A stretch of DNA of 64,000 nucleotides from assembly GCA_963737265.1 (NCBI GenBank), contig CAVTRY010000013.1, positions 352,001 to 416,000 of the forward strand. The letters run 5' to 3'. The position numbers were made by a program, and so were the translations under genes. Positions 9,784-19,909 of this stretch are shown here, piece after piece (position 1 is the stretch's first letter; each line of letters begins with the position of its first letter). A model generated the notes under the pieces. It saw only the letters and a list, made by a program, of their open reading frames with translations, was not told the origin of the DNA and searched no databases. The stretch is from an uncultured delta proteobacterium. Lineage in GTDB: Bacteria > Myxococcota_A > Polyangia > Fen-1088.

Positions 9784-12432
9784 TTGCGACATTGCCTTAC
9801 CCTGGTGGCGGCCCTCGCGCTCGCATGGATAGCTCCATGTTCGCTGCGTGCTGACGAACCGTCCGCCATTACCAAGCCGCCACACTTGATTCATTTTGTG
9901 CCGGCCGATTATCCCAAGGAGAAGCACGACGCGGGCATTATCGCCAAGGTGTTGCTGTCGATCGAGATTGGCGACGACGGCAAGGTGGGCAATGTGGAGG
10001 TTGTGGAGAGCGGGGGCGCCGATTTCGACGCGGCCGCGGTGGCCGCCGCCCGACAATTCGTCTTCTCGCCCGCCGAAGCGAGCGGGCAATCCATCCCGGT
10101 CAAGATTACCTATCGCTATGACTTCACCATCGTGACCAAGATGGTTGCGGTGGGGCCCCAGGTGAATTTCGACGGCGTCGTTCTCGATCGATTCAAGAAG
10201 GCGCCCCTGGCCAATGTGGTAGTGAAGATCAAGGACTTGGACCTCGCCACCAAGACCGACGACGAGGGCGCGTTCGCCTTTACCGACTTGGCGCCCGGCA
10301 CCTACAAGGTCGAGATTCGCCACCCGCGCCTGGTGACGGTTCTGACCGACGAGACCATTCGTCCTGGCCAGAAACGGACCATGAAGTACTTCGTCGAAGA
10401 ACGAGAAGAGGACGTGGACGAGGAAGTCGTTGTGCGAGCCGCGCGTATCAAGAAAGAGGCGGTGGAGACGCGCATTCGCACCGAAGAAGCGCGCAAGGTG
10501 CCGGGCACGCAGGGGGACACATTGAAGGTGGTGGAGAATCTGCCCGGCGTGGCTCGCGCCAGCTTTGGCTCGGGCCAGATAGTGGTGTGGGGCTCGTCGG
10601 CCCAGGACACTCGGGTGAATGTGGATGGCGTGGAGATTCCCGCCTTGTACCACATGGGCGGTCTGCGCTCGACGGTCAATTCGGACTTGGTGAAGTCGAT
10701 CGATCTGTCGCCCGGAGCGTACAGCGCGGAATACGGACGCGGGCTCGGCGGACTTTTGCGCATCGAACTTTCCCAGGTGCCGACCGCAGGGGTCCACGGC
10801 TACGTCGCTAGTGACATTCTGGACACGTCGGGCGAAGTCTCGGTGGCAGCCACGCCGCGCTTGCGTTTCGCGGTGGCGGGGCGGATGAGCTATCTTGACC
10901 GGCTGCTGCCAGAGGTGACATCGTCCGACATCGGCGACTACTTTCCCATCCCTCGCTACGACGATTACCAAGCGCGCGCGGCGCTGTCCTTGCGCAAGGA
11001 CGAGGAAGTCACCGCCACCTTTCTCGCGTCGGACGATCACTTGCGCAGGGCCATTCCCGCCAGCGACCCCGCCGAAGTGCGCGCGGAAAACGACGACAGC
11101 TCGTTTCGGCGCTTCTTTGTCAGCTACAGTCGGCTGTTCAGCGATGGTTCCAGCGTGCGTGTGACGCCGTCCCTGGGCTACGACACGAGCTCGACACTGC
11201 AAACCTTCGGCGACCAAAGCGCGCAACTGCAAACGAATACCTGGCAGTACGCCGTACGCGCAAATCTGCGGCGCAAGGTGAGCGCCGGGGCGGTCTTGCT
11301 GGTGGGAATGGATGTGGAGGGGCGCGATATCCAGCTTGCGCGCCACGGTTCCGTGAATCAGCCGCCGCGTGAAGGCGACATCGTCGTATTTGGTCAGCGG
11401 CCATCACTTGAAGAGGCTTTTGACAATTGGAAGGTCAATATCCTCAGCGTTGCCAGTTATGCCGTCCTCGATGTGAAGTTGGGCCAGTGGACACTGACTC
11501 CGGGTCTTCGCTTCGAACCGACGCAAGTCGAAGGAGATCATAGACTGCCGTTCAGTACTATTTCGGCCCCGGTCGGCTACGCACACTTCGACGTTCCCCA
11601 GAACCCCATCGGCATTCCAGTCGTGCGCTACCTGCCCAATCCACGCTTGCAGGTGTCGTGGCACGCCCTGCCTCGCCTCGTCCTGACGAGCGGCGCGGGC
11701 GTGTACGGTCAGCCGCCGGCGCCCGAAGATATGTCGCCGGTATTTGGCAACCCGTCGATTACACAATCGCGGGCCGTTCACCTGACCGCCGGATTTTCGG
11801 TCAAGGTGCGCCCGACCCTGACCTTGGAATCCGTGGCTTTCTACAAGAAGCTGTACGACATCGTCTCGCGCAGCGCCGACCCGTCGCCTCCGGTCGCGCA
11901 GGCACTCACCCAAGACGGCAGCGGTCGCGTGCGCGGCGTGCAGGTGCTGCTGCGCCAGGAGCTGGTCAGGGGCTTCTTCGGTTGGATGACCTACACGCTG
12001 TCGCGCAGCGAACGGCGCGACCATCCCGACCTCGGCTACCGCCTGTTCGATCAAGACCAGACGCATGTATTCGCCGTGCTCGCAAGCTACGACTTCGGGA
12101 AGGGCTTCGAGGTGGGGGGCCGCTTTCGCTATGCCACCGGGATGCCGCGCACGCCGGTCACCGGCAGCTATCTCGACGGCCTGACCGGCAACTACGAGCC
12201 CATCTTCGGGGCGCAGAACTCCATTCGCATTCCGGCCTTCTATCAGCTGGACGCGCGCGCCGAGAAAAGCTTCGTCATGCGCAGGGCGAAATTGAGCGTA
12301 TCGGTCGACGTTCAGAACATAACCAACCGCAAGAATTCCGAGGAGATCGTCTATAACGAGAACTACACGCAGAAGAGCTACATCATTGGATTGCCCATCC
12401 TGGCGGTGGCCGGCGCGCGGTTGGAGTTCTAG
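9784..12432 (+). CDS. TonB-dependent receptor with N-terminal TonB_C and carboxypeptidase-regulatory-like domains
   Basis: YP...FVFSPA TonB_C domain; plug motifs NLPGV and DGVEIP; barrel ending ARLEF. Confidence 0.92.
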   Translation: MRHCLTLVAALALAWIAPCSLRADEPSAITKPPHLIHFVPADYPKEKHDAGIIAKVLLSIEIGDDGKVGNVEVVESGGADFDAAAVAAARQFVFSPAEASGQSIPVKITYRYDFTIVTKMVAVGPQVNFDGVVLDRFKKAPLANVVVKIKDLDLATKTDDEGAFAFTDLAPGTYKVEIRHPRLVTVLTDETIRPGQKRTMKYFVEEREEDVDEEVVVRAARIKKEAVETRIRTEEARKVPGTQGDTLKVVENLPGVARASFGSGQIVVWGSSAQDTRVNVDGVEIPALYHMGGLRSTVNSDLVKSIDLSPGAYSAEYGRGLGGLLRIELSQVPTAGVHGYVASDILDTSGEVSVAATPRLRFAVAGRMSYLDRLLPEVTSSDIGDYFPIPRYDDYQARAALSLRKDEEVTATFLASDDHLRRAIPASDPAEVRAENDDSSFRRFFVSYSRLFSDGSSVRVTPSLGYDTSSTLQTFGDQSAQLQTNTWQYAVRANLRRKVSAGAVLLVGMDVEGRDIQLARHGSVNQPPREGDIVVFGQRPSLEEAFDNWKVNILSVASYAVLDVKLGQWTLTPGLRFEPTQVEGDHRLPFSTISAPVGYAHFDVPQNPIGIPVVRYLPNPRLQVSWHALPRLVLTSGAGVYGQPPAPEDMSPVFGNPSITQSRAVHLTAGFSVKVRPTLTLESVAFYKKLYDIVSRSADPSPPVAQALTQDGSGRVRGVQVLLRQELVRGFFGWMTYTLSRSERRDHPDLGYRLFDQDQTHVFAVLASYDFGKGFEVGGRFRYATGMPRTPVTGSYLDGLTGNYEPIFGAQNSIRIPAFYQLDARAEKSFVMRRAKLSVSVDVQNITNRKNSEEIVYNENYTQKSYIIGLPILAVAGARLEF

Positions 12433-12441
12433 GATCCCGCA

Positions 12442-13401
12442 ATGGCATTGAAGGACCAACATCGACTCTTCGCCTTCGCACTTTGCGTGCTGCCGATGGC
12501 GTGCAAACCGACCGTGGGCCAGCCGCCGTATCTCATCACCGACTTCACCTTGCTTGCGGTGCGCGGCGATCCGCCCGAGGCCCTACCGGGCGCTAACGTG
12601 ACCTATAGCTTCCTCCTCGCCTCGCCGGTCGATGGGACAGTCAGCAACGCGGACGCGACCTGGGATGTGTGCATGACACCGAAGCCACCCGCGGTCAGCA
12701 ACTCGGTGTCGAGCACATGCACCCAAAACCCGGATCCCGCGACCATCACCGCCGGCCAGACCTTCGCATCGGCAATTCCCACCACGGCGTGCTCGCTGTT
12801 TGGCCCGGTCGCGCCGCCGCCCGTTGCCGGCCAGCCGCCCGTGGCTCCCCGCAATCCCGACAGCACGGGCGGTTACTATCTGCCCGTTCGCTTGCGTGTG
12901 AACACGGCGAGCGCCGAGGAGCTGTCCGGCTTTGCCTTCGAGAGGATCCAGTGCAACCTCGCCAGCGCCCCAGTCAGCGCGATTCAAGCCTACAACAGCC
13001 AATACACACCCAACCATCCTCCGGGCATCGACCACACCGACCTTGTAGATGCCGCGGGCAATAGGCTTTCTCTCGACTCCGGGACGCAAAACGCAGCCAT
13101 TGGATCGGTGCTCAGTGTTGAGGCGACCTTCGCGGCCGGAGCGGCCGAGACCTTTCCGGTGTACGACCAGCAAAGCGAAGCCTTGGTGAATCAGCAAGAA
13201 AGCCTGCACATGTCGTGGTTCGTGACAGGCGGGACATTCGAGCACGACCGCACCGGCGTGGCAGCCGGCCAGACCGCCTCGTCAACCAGCAACCAATGGA
13301 CCGCGCCGGCGCAAAATGGCACGATTTATCTCTGGTTGGTTCTGCGCGACTCGCGCGGCGGCGTGGACTACAAGAGCTACCAGATTCAAGTTGGGTCCTA
13401 G
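12442..13401 (+). CDS. Receptor-associated lipoprotein (paralog of 1260-2279)
   Basis: Lipobox PMAC; WFVTGG...NQWTAP...LWLVLRDSRGG. Confidence 0.85.
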   Translation: MALKDQHRLFAFALCVLPMACKPTVGQPPYLITDFTLLAVRGDPPEALPGANVTYSFLLASPVDGTVSNADATWDVCMTPKPPAVSNSVSSTCTQNPDPATITAGQTFASAIPTTACSLFGPVAPPPVAGQPPVAPRNPDSTGGYYLPVRLRVNTASAEELSGFAFERIQCNLASAPVSAIQAYNSQYTPNHPPGIDHTDLVDAAGNRLSLDSGTQNAAIGSVLSVEATFAAGAAETFPVYDQQSEALVNQQESLHMSWFVTGGTFEHDRTGVAAGQTASSTSNQWTAPAQNGTIYLWLVLRDSRGGVDYKSYQIQVGS

Positions 13402-13565
13402 CAGCCCGTGGTGAAAGTCGGACCGAGCCGTTCGGAGTGGATTTGGGCCGGATGCAAGGAGCAGCGAAGCGCCGAATACTAGAGGTATTCAAGCGAGCGG
13501 CGACGCAGCAGACGGCCCAAATCCGCCCGAACAACGACGTGGAGACTTTTACCACGGGCTGCTAG
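13398..13565. mobile_element. MITE A (CTAG-flanked)
   Basis: TIR CAGCCCGTGGTGAAAGTC / GACTTTTACCACGGGCTG, CTAG on both sides, non-coding hairpin interior. Confidence 0.8.
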
Positions 13566-13575
13566 ACTAGCCTGG

Positions 13576-15177
13576 CTAGTAGTAAAGCTCGGCACTCGCA
13601 AGGCTGGCGGTACCAGTGTAGCCGCCGACAACGATGACCCTACCGTTGGGCAACAACGTTGCCGTTGGCCATGCCCTTGCCGTCGTTAAGCTGTTGGTGG
13701 GTGCGAATGTCCTGGCGACCGGGTCGTAGATCTCCACGCTCGCGAGAGCGTTGGGGCCATAGCCGCCGGCGATGAACACCGAGCCGCTCGACAGTGCAGT
13801 GATGCCGTAGCATTGCCTTGCTGCGGTCATGTTCCCGGTGACGGTGAAGGTTTCCGCCGCAGGATCATATAGCTCCGCGCTCGCGGTGTACCCGCCGGCA
13901 ACGAGCACCTTGCCGCCGGGCAACAAGGTCGCTCCGTGCCACATCCGTGATGTCGACATGCGGCCCGTGGCTGTGAAGGTTCCCGTTGTCGAATTGTACA
14001 GCTCCGCGCTCGCGAGTACGTCAGCGATCAATGCTCCGCTGTCGGGATGTACCATGAAGGCGCCACCCGCGATCAGTACCGACCCAGTGGACAACAAGGT
14101 CGCTGTGTGCGATTCCCTGGCCGCGGTCATGTTTCCAGTGGCTGTGAATGTCCCTGCCGCTGGGTCGTATAGCTCCGCGCTCGCAAGCGTAGTTTGCGCG
14201 GTCGCAAGGGCGCTGGTTTTATAGACGCCCCCAGCGATGAGAACTTTTCCGCTGGGCAACAGGGTAGCCGTATGCGATGTCCTGGCCGAGCTCATGCCTC
14301 CGGTGGCTGTGAATGTCCCTGCCGCTGGGTCGTATAGCTCAGCGCTCGCAACAGGCCCATCTCCACTCCATCCGCCGGTGACAAGGACCTTGCCGTTCTG
14401 CAGAAGCGTTGCCGTGTGCAATTCCCTTGCAACAGACATGCTGCCGGTGAATGCGAATGTCCCAGCCGCAGGGTCGTATAGCTCTGCAGTTGCTGTGACG
14501 TCCCCGCCAATGATGATAACCTTGCCGTTCGGCAATAGCGTTGCTGTGTGTTCGCTTCTTGCCACGGCCATGCTGCCAGTCGGCGCGACAGGTCCTTGAC
14601 CGCCAGCTGCTGTCGAGCCTGCGGTAGCGGTGGCCGTGCCGCCGGTGGAGCTCGCGGTGCCGCCGGTGGAACCGGCCTTGCCACCGGTAGAGACCGTCGT
14701 GGCACCGCCATTGCCTCCCGCGGAGCCATCAACGACACCGACGTTGCCGCCCGCGCTGTCCAATGCGCTAGCGTCTCTCGTGCCTGCGTAACCGCCAGTG
14801 CCTCCGTGACCGCCAAACCCTCCGCCGAAACCGGTTGGGATGGCTCCCCCGCTGCCGACGATTCCCCCGCTTCCGAACATGCCGCCAGTGCTGACTGCGC
14901 CGCCATAACTTGTCGCACCCCCGGAAGCACCCATCCCGCCTGTGCCGCCTGCGCCCGCCACATCTATCCCGCCATCATCGATCGTTCCACCTGAAGCGAC
15001 CGTTCCGTCGGCAACGAGCACGCCGTTGCTTTCTTCCGAAGCGCTGTCACCTGCGATTTGGTTTCCGCCATCAGCCGCGGATCCGTCCGTGTTCGTACCC
15101 ATCTTCAGCTTGGGATACAGACAACCCGCCGCCAGCGCGACAATCGGAAGCCAACTCAATCTGAGTCTTCGGCGCAT
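13576..15177 (-). CDS. Kelch-repeat lipoprotein with Gly-rich linker
   Basis: Lipobox AAGC; repeated HTATLL..GKVL..GG...SAELYDP units. Confidence 0.9.
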   Translation of the reverse strand: MRRRLRLSWLPIVALAAGCLYPKLKMGTNTDGSAADGGNQIAGDSASEESNGVLVADGTVASGGTIDDGGIDVAGAGGTGGMGASGGATSYGGAVSTGGMFGSGGIVGSGGAIPTGFGGGFGGHGGTGGYAGTRDASALDSAGGNVGVVDGSAGGNGGATTVSTGGKAGSTGGTASSTGGTATATAGSTAAGGQGPVAPTGSMAVARSEHTATLLPNGKVIIIGGDVTATAELYDPAAGTFAFTGSMSVARELHTATLLQNGKVLVTGGWSGDGPVASAELYDPAAGTFTATGGMSSARTSHTATLLPSGKVLIAGGVYKTSALATAQTTLASAELYDPAAGTFTATGNMTAARESHTATLLSTGSVLIAGGAFMVHPDSGALIADVLASAELYNSTTGTFTATGRMSTSRMWHGATLLPGGKVLVAGGYTASAELYDPAAETFTVTGNMTAARQCYGITALSSGSVFIAGGYGPNALASVEIYDPVARTFAPTNSLTTARAWPTATLLPNGRVIVVGGYTGTASLASAELYY

Positions 15178-15207
15178 TAGCGTCGCCTCCGCGGAGGGTT
15201 CGTTCGC

Positions 15208-16273
15208 TCAGAATGCACCTTGGACACCCGCCGAACTGGGCCCAAGCCAGAGAGCCATTTGGGCCTCCCGCTCCTGTTTTGGAGTCCAAGATAGCAACGT
15301 CACGCCCACGGCAGTACCGACTCCGCCAACGATGAACCCCGTTACCGAGAGGTCGCGCATGAGATTGTATCGGTTGACCGAGCTGCTACCGACCCTGGCT
15401 GGATCGCAGGTCTGGCTCGGGCAATTGCTCCGTAGACCCGAGCTCGAACATGACATCGATTCCCGTCGCCATCCCGGTAAGCAAGCTCACTGCCCCGACA
15501 CCAACCGCAACCCAGCCCCACCTTCGTCGGCTTTGGCCAATCGGCGGGATCGGCTGCGCCAAGGTTAAGGCGCGGGTAGACGCCGCCGACAATCCATCGC
15601 GAGGTTCTTCCGCCGGCAACTCTGGGCGTGCCGATTCTAGCTTCGCCCTCACGATTGCTGCCGGCTGATGGGCGTGCGCGACCGTCGCTGTGGCTGCGTC
15701 GAACCTCAGCACTGCCTCCTGGCGTTCACCCTCGGCGAGATCGATTACGCGCTCCGCGGTCTGCGCGCCCTGCCTACCCACAACGCGCCGCCGGCCGGGA
15801 TCGACAGGGAGATCGACCCCGAGCAACACCGTCGCGATCGCGAGGTCATCCATCGTCAGTTCGATGTCGCTCGCCGCAGCGCCTTCGATGCGAATGCGCA
15901 GCCTTGGTATTCTAGCTTGCAAGTCGCCGAGCTCTCTTGCTGCATCCGCCTGGGCCTGTTGCTGGGCGCCCGCCACCCAGAGGTCATTGGGCGCGAGTAG
16001 GGTAGCTTGCCGGTACATTTCGGACGCCGCAACCAGTTGACCGCGCTTGACCAAGGTCCGCGCTACCCAAACTGCCAGCATCGGCACTTTTGCGATCTCG
16101 AAAGCCCGTTCAAATCCGCGGCCCGCCTCTTCGTAGTTGCCGGCATCGAGGTTGCGTTTGGCCTCATTCGCCAGATCGCGTGCGGCCCCTTTGGCACTGT
16201 CATCGGTGGCCCAAGCCGGCCCAGCCCCAGCGACGAGCAACCCGACGACGGCCCAAACAACTTTGCAATTCAT
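15208..16273 (-). CDS. Secreted TPR/PEGA-like myxobacterial protein; frameshift near 15450
   Basis: Signal peptide, TPR-like N-terminus, VDPGRRRV motif; the C-terminal TM part continues in ORF 15208-15456. Confidence 0.7.
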
Positions 16274-16299
16274 CGGTGGCTACGCCTTTCATCGATTAT

Positions 16300-17739
16300 C
16301 TAGAAACCCGTGACGTCTTCCGGCTTTTGCCGCGTGGATTGCGCCGGCGCGCGGGCCAACGGATTGGACGCGGCTGTGGCGCGCTGGCGCGCCGAGGTGG
16401 GTGTTCGCGGGTTTACGTGATGACGGTTCGTTGGCGGCGCCGCTGCGGCGAGGGTTGCCGAGTTCGTGGCAGGCTTCGCCCGCGCTACCGCGGATGGCGT
16501 CGTTTCACCTTCGGTTCCGAGGACAGGCGCCAGCGGATCCGCATTCCGCACCTGTGCTCGCCCAGCCGGTTCGACCGGACCGGCACCTGCGGTGGCAAAG
16601 CCGCTGGACGGACCACGGGTTTCTCCGGGCGCAGAGTCGCGGCTCGGCCTCGACCCCGCAAAGAGCACGAGACTCGCAGCAATCGCTCCCCCGAGGGACA
16701 ACAACGCCCACCGACGTGGTCGCGTGGCCGGCGAAAGTGCCACCGTGAGATCCGCCAGCGCAAGCTCGCCCGTCGCTCGGGAAAATGTGGTGCCCCCCGC
16801 GAGGGTTGCGGTTCGCTTTACGGCTACGGCGCGTCTTATCCCTCCAGCGGGCCGTCGCGCGGAGTGGGCCGAGACCAATGGTTCGGCCTCACCCCGCAGC
16901 GCCCGCAGAAACGATGCAATGCTGTCGAAGCGGTCGTCGCGCGTCCGCGCCAGGGCGCGCGCGATGGCGGCCTCCACATGAGCGGGCACGTTGCCGGCCA
17001 ACGCGCGCAAGGGTCGGGGAGTGTCGGTCAGATGCATCACCAGCAGCGCTGTTCCGGTAGCCGCCACAAACGGTGTCTGTCCCGCCAGCATCTCGTAAAT
17101 GATGGTCGCGAACGAGTAGATGTCCGAGCGCAAATCCACATTCGAGCTGTCCGTGCACTGCTCGGGGGACATGTACGCGGGGCTCCCCATGACGAGTCCG
17201 GCTTGCGTTCGACGCGTCCCGCCCGTTTTGCTGCCGTGCTTTATCTTGGCAATTCCAAAGTCCAGAATTTTCACGCGCTCGCCGCAAGGCAAGCTTGGGT
17301 CGGTCACCAGGAACAAGTTCTCGGGCTTGAGATCGCGGTGTACGATTCCGGCTGCATGGGCCGCGGCCAGCGCCGAACCTGCCTGGCCCGCAATTTCAAG
17401 CGCATCCGAGACGGCGAGCCGGACCCGCTCGGCCAGGCGCGTCTGCAAGGACACGCCTTCGAGAAATTCCATGAGGATGTAAGGCGCGCCTTCGGGCGTC
17501 GCGCCAGCGTCGAAGACTTCAATGATGTTGGGATGATGGATGGCACTGGCGGCTCGTGCTTCGTTGAGAAATCGCCGAACCAATTCTGCATCCTGTGCCA
17601 GCGCGGGATGCAGGACCTTGACGACCGCGTGGCGTTCGATGAGCGAATTTTCCGCCAGGTAGACCTCGCCAAAGCCGCCTTCGCCGATAAGCCGAACGAT
17701 GCGGTAGTTACCGAAGAGTTGGCCTGCCTGTAATGTCAT
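16300..17739 (-). CDS. Hanks-type Ser/Thr protein kinase with TM segment
   Basis: GEGGFGEVY, HRDLKPEN, DFG, GSPAYMSPEQ. Confidence 0.95.
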   Translation of the reverse strand: MTLQAGQLFGNYRIVRLIGEGGFGEVYLAENSLIERHAVVKVLHPALAQDAELVRRFLNEARAASAIHHPNIIEVFDAGATPEGAPYILMEFLEGVSLQTRLAERVRLAVSDALEIAGQAGSALAAAHAAGIVHRDLKPENLFLVTDPSLPCGERVKILDFGIAKIKHGSKTGGTRRTQAGLVMGSPAYMSPEQCTDSSNVDLRSDIYSFATIIYEMLAGQTPFVAATGTALLVMHLTDTPRPLRALAGNVPAHVEAAIARALARTRDDRFDSIASFLRALRGEAEPLVSAHSARRPAGGIRRAVAVKRTATLAGGTTFSRATGELALADLTVALSPATRPRRWALLSLGGAIAASLVLFAGSRPSRDSAPGETRGPSSGFATAGAGPVEPAGRAQVRNADPLAPVLGTEGETTPSAVARAKPATNSATLAAAAPPTNRHHVNPRTPTSARQRATAASNPLARAPAQSTRQKPEDVTGF

Positions 17740-17984
17740 GATGATAGGCGCCTACCTCGGGCTCGCCAAAACGAGTCACGATGACCTTGCTATCGACAAG
17801 TCACGTTACAGGCTTGAATCGAACGCGGGCGTCGTAGCTAAGGTCGCTCGACCCGCGTCACGCGGGCGCCCGCGACTACGTCATCGGCGTTGGCATGCTA
17901 TGCTGACGACGTGCTGTCCGGCGCGGAGCAGCATTCATCCCATCGAGGCTGGGCCGGACCCCACTGTGTCAGCCAGGCGTGGGC

Positions 17985-18506
17985 ATGCCGTCGTACCTAG
18001 CCGATTTCGAGACGGAGTACCTGCGGCTCGGGCCGAAGTCGTTCGAGCGGGCCTATCCTTGGCCCATGCTCATCGTGGCCGGTATCACCGGCGTGCTCGC
18101 CGACAACCTCAGCAAGAGCGGCACGATGGCGGCGACCACCAGCGCTGTCTTGCAGATTACAGCGCTGGCCGGACGTGTGTTTCCCGTGGTCAAGGGCCGC
18201 AACTCGGCGCCCGGACCGGTCAGCATCGGCCGCACTTCGGACAACGATGTGGCCATTCCCGAGTACACCATCTCCACTCGTCATTGCATGCTGGCGCTGG
18301 TCGACGGCGAATACCGGCTGACCGATATGGGCTCCATCAACGGCACCCTGGTCGACGGCGTGCAACTGGCACCGCGCCAGCCGTGCCGCCTCAAGGGTGG
18401 CGAAACCGTGCGAATGGGCCGCTTTAGCCTGCTCTTCCACCTGCCCCGTGGCTTCGCCGAATACATGCGCCAGCGGACCGACCCGACCACTGCGCAGGAT
18501 CGCTGA
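17985..18506 (+). CDS. FHA-domain protein
   Basis: IGRTSDND, ISTRH, DMGSINGT motifs. Confidence 0.9.
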   Translation: MPSYLADFETEYLRLGPKSFERAYPWPMLIVAGITGVLADNLSKSGTMAATTSAVLQITALAGRVFPVVKGRNSAPGPVSIGRTSDNDVAIPEYTISTRHCMLALVDGEYRLTDMGSINGTLVDGVQLAPRQPCRLKGGETVRMGRFSLLFHLPRGFAEYMRQRTDPTTAQDR

Positions 18507-18579
18507 ACCACACGCAAGACCTCGACTCCATCTCGATGGTCAGTGGTCTTCCTTGCACTACGATGTCGATGCGGCAGGA

Positions 18580-18602
18580 CAGTCTGCAACGGCTTGTTGG
18601 GC
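18580..18602 (-). repeat. attC remnant (R'' and L'' half)
   Basis: Minus strand GCCCAAC-AAGCCGTTGCAGAC shortly after the GNAT stop. Confidence 0.65.
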
Positions 18603-18626
18603 GGCACTTCCGCGGCTTGCGCTTCC

Positions 18627-19010
18627 TCATCGAAGTGGCTTGACGAAATTTGCGAAGTCATCGCGCTCTCGAAATTCATGTTTCGGGTAGAAGTCTCTCG
18701 CATATGACAGATCCGTCTTGTGGTTGTTGAGCATCAGCCGAACGCATCCGCGCTCGCGTGCCTCGCTTTCCACAGCTCGCAAGAGAAGGCCGCCGATTCC
18801 AAACCCGCGCATCGCACTGGCGACAAGGAGGTCCGACACGTACGCTTCCACGCCCTGGATCATCGGAAATGGCACGAAGTGGAACGCCACGTAGCCTGCG
18901 ACCTTCCAATCCAGCTCCGCCACAAGGATTCGGTCCAGTGTAGAAGAAGTGAAGAAAGTCAGCGACGCTACGACTGCGTTTCGATCAGCGACCCGACCGG
19001 GTTGCTCGGT
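18627..19010 (-). pseudogene. GNAT acetyltransferase cassette, 5'-damaged
   Basis: YVSDLLVASAMRGFGIGGLLL acetyl-CoA motif A; no clean start. Confidence 0.7.
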
Positions 19011-19029
19011 TCTGTAGTCTGCGCTGCAA

Positions 19030-19052
19030 CAGTCAGCAACGGTTTGTTCGGC
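19030..19052 (-). repeat. attC remnant (R'' and L'' half)
   Basis: Minus strand GCCGAAC-AAACCGTTGCTGAC right after the parE-like stop. Confidence 0.65.
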
Positions 19053-19056
19053 AGCG

Positions 19057-19410
19057 CTACGTGTGCCGCAGCCACCGGTCAAAGTCCATCGCTCCGTGGA
19101 GAATCGCGAGTATACGAACCTCGCCGGAAAAGACCTGATGCATGAGCCGAAGTCGGTAGACGAAGATCTCTCGAATCGACCGGCTCCCGATCTCCGGCAC
19201 GATCCGTCCACGTTCCGAGAGCACCGAGAGGGACTCCGCCGCAGCGAGGACACCTCCAGGACCTTGGCGGCGGCGGAAGGCGAATCAGCCGCGATGTATT
19301 GCAAGACCTCGTCGCACGCCGATTTGGTCGAGCATGTCGCGCAGGTATTGCGAATCAGCCGCGATGTATTGCAAGACCTCGTCGAGACAGTCCCGAGCGG
19401 ACGGAGAGTT
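19057..19410 (-). pseudogene. ParE/RelE-family toxin, disrupted
   Basis: Reconstructed SPSARDCLDEVLQYIAADSPSAAAKV...ERGRIVPE...VRILAILHGAMD; internal duplication and frameshifts. Confidence 0.8.
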
Positions 19411-19576
19411 TTCCACGCCTTCGAGCACGCACGATTCTCGTTTTCTCCGTTCACTCGCGACCGTCGACAAACTCCGACCCCAGCAAAAGCATCGTCCCGA
19501 TCGCCCCGCTACTCGAAAAGTCGACCTGTTTGCCCGTGGGCAGAAGAGTCACTCCTCCTCCCGAACCCGTGGCTTG

Positions 19577-19668
19577 GCTCAACCAGACGCTTAATCCGGC
19601 CGCGCGCGAATTCAGCCAGTCGGGGAATATCTATGGCTGCGGCCGGATCAAACGCCTACTTGTTAGCC
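19577..19668 (-). repeat. Atypical attC-like long hairpin
   Basis: Minus strand GGCTAAC...AGGCGTTTGATCCGGCCGC / GCGGCCGGATTAAGCGTCT...GTTGAGC. Confidence 0.5.
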
Positions 19669-19673
19669 AGCAC

Positions 19674-19710
19674 TTGCACGGAGGCTACGAATGTGTAAAC
19701 TTCTACACAT
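19674..19710 (+). promoter_or_regulatory. Leaderless vapBC promoter with operator palindrome
   Basis: TTGCAC-N16-TAAACT ending 7 nt before the ATG; ATGTGTA-N6-TACACAT inverted repeat. Confidence 0.7.
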
Positions 19711-19909
19711 GGCGACCAACCTTGCTATCGATGACCGGCTGCTGAACGAGGCCGTCCGAGTCGGAGGCCAGCGAACGAAGAAGGGCACCGTGACGCAGGC
19801 TTTGGTGGAGTACGTTCAGCGACGGAAGCAGGCTCGGATCCTGGACCTGTTTGGGAAGATCGATTTTGATCCGAAGTACGACTACAAGCAGCAGCGCCGA
19901 CGCGCATGA
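19709..19909 (+). CDS. vapB: VapB antitoxin (DUF2191-like)
   Basis: MATNLAIDDRLLNEA...TKKGTVTQAL; ATGA overlap with the PIN gene. Confidence 0.88.
   Translation: MATNLAIDDRLLNEAVRVGGQRTKKGTVTQALVEYVQRRKQARILDLFGKIDFDPKYDYKQQRRRA

Noticed and set aside
8980-11346. Long antisense ORFs (also 27950-29815, 60010-61680 and others)
   Set aside because: Shadow frames of high-GC genes with no motifs
18627-19454. 275-aa ORF as a real protein
   Set aside because: Chance read-through across a parE pseudogene, an attC half-site and a GNAT remnant
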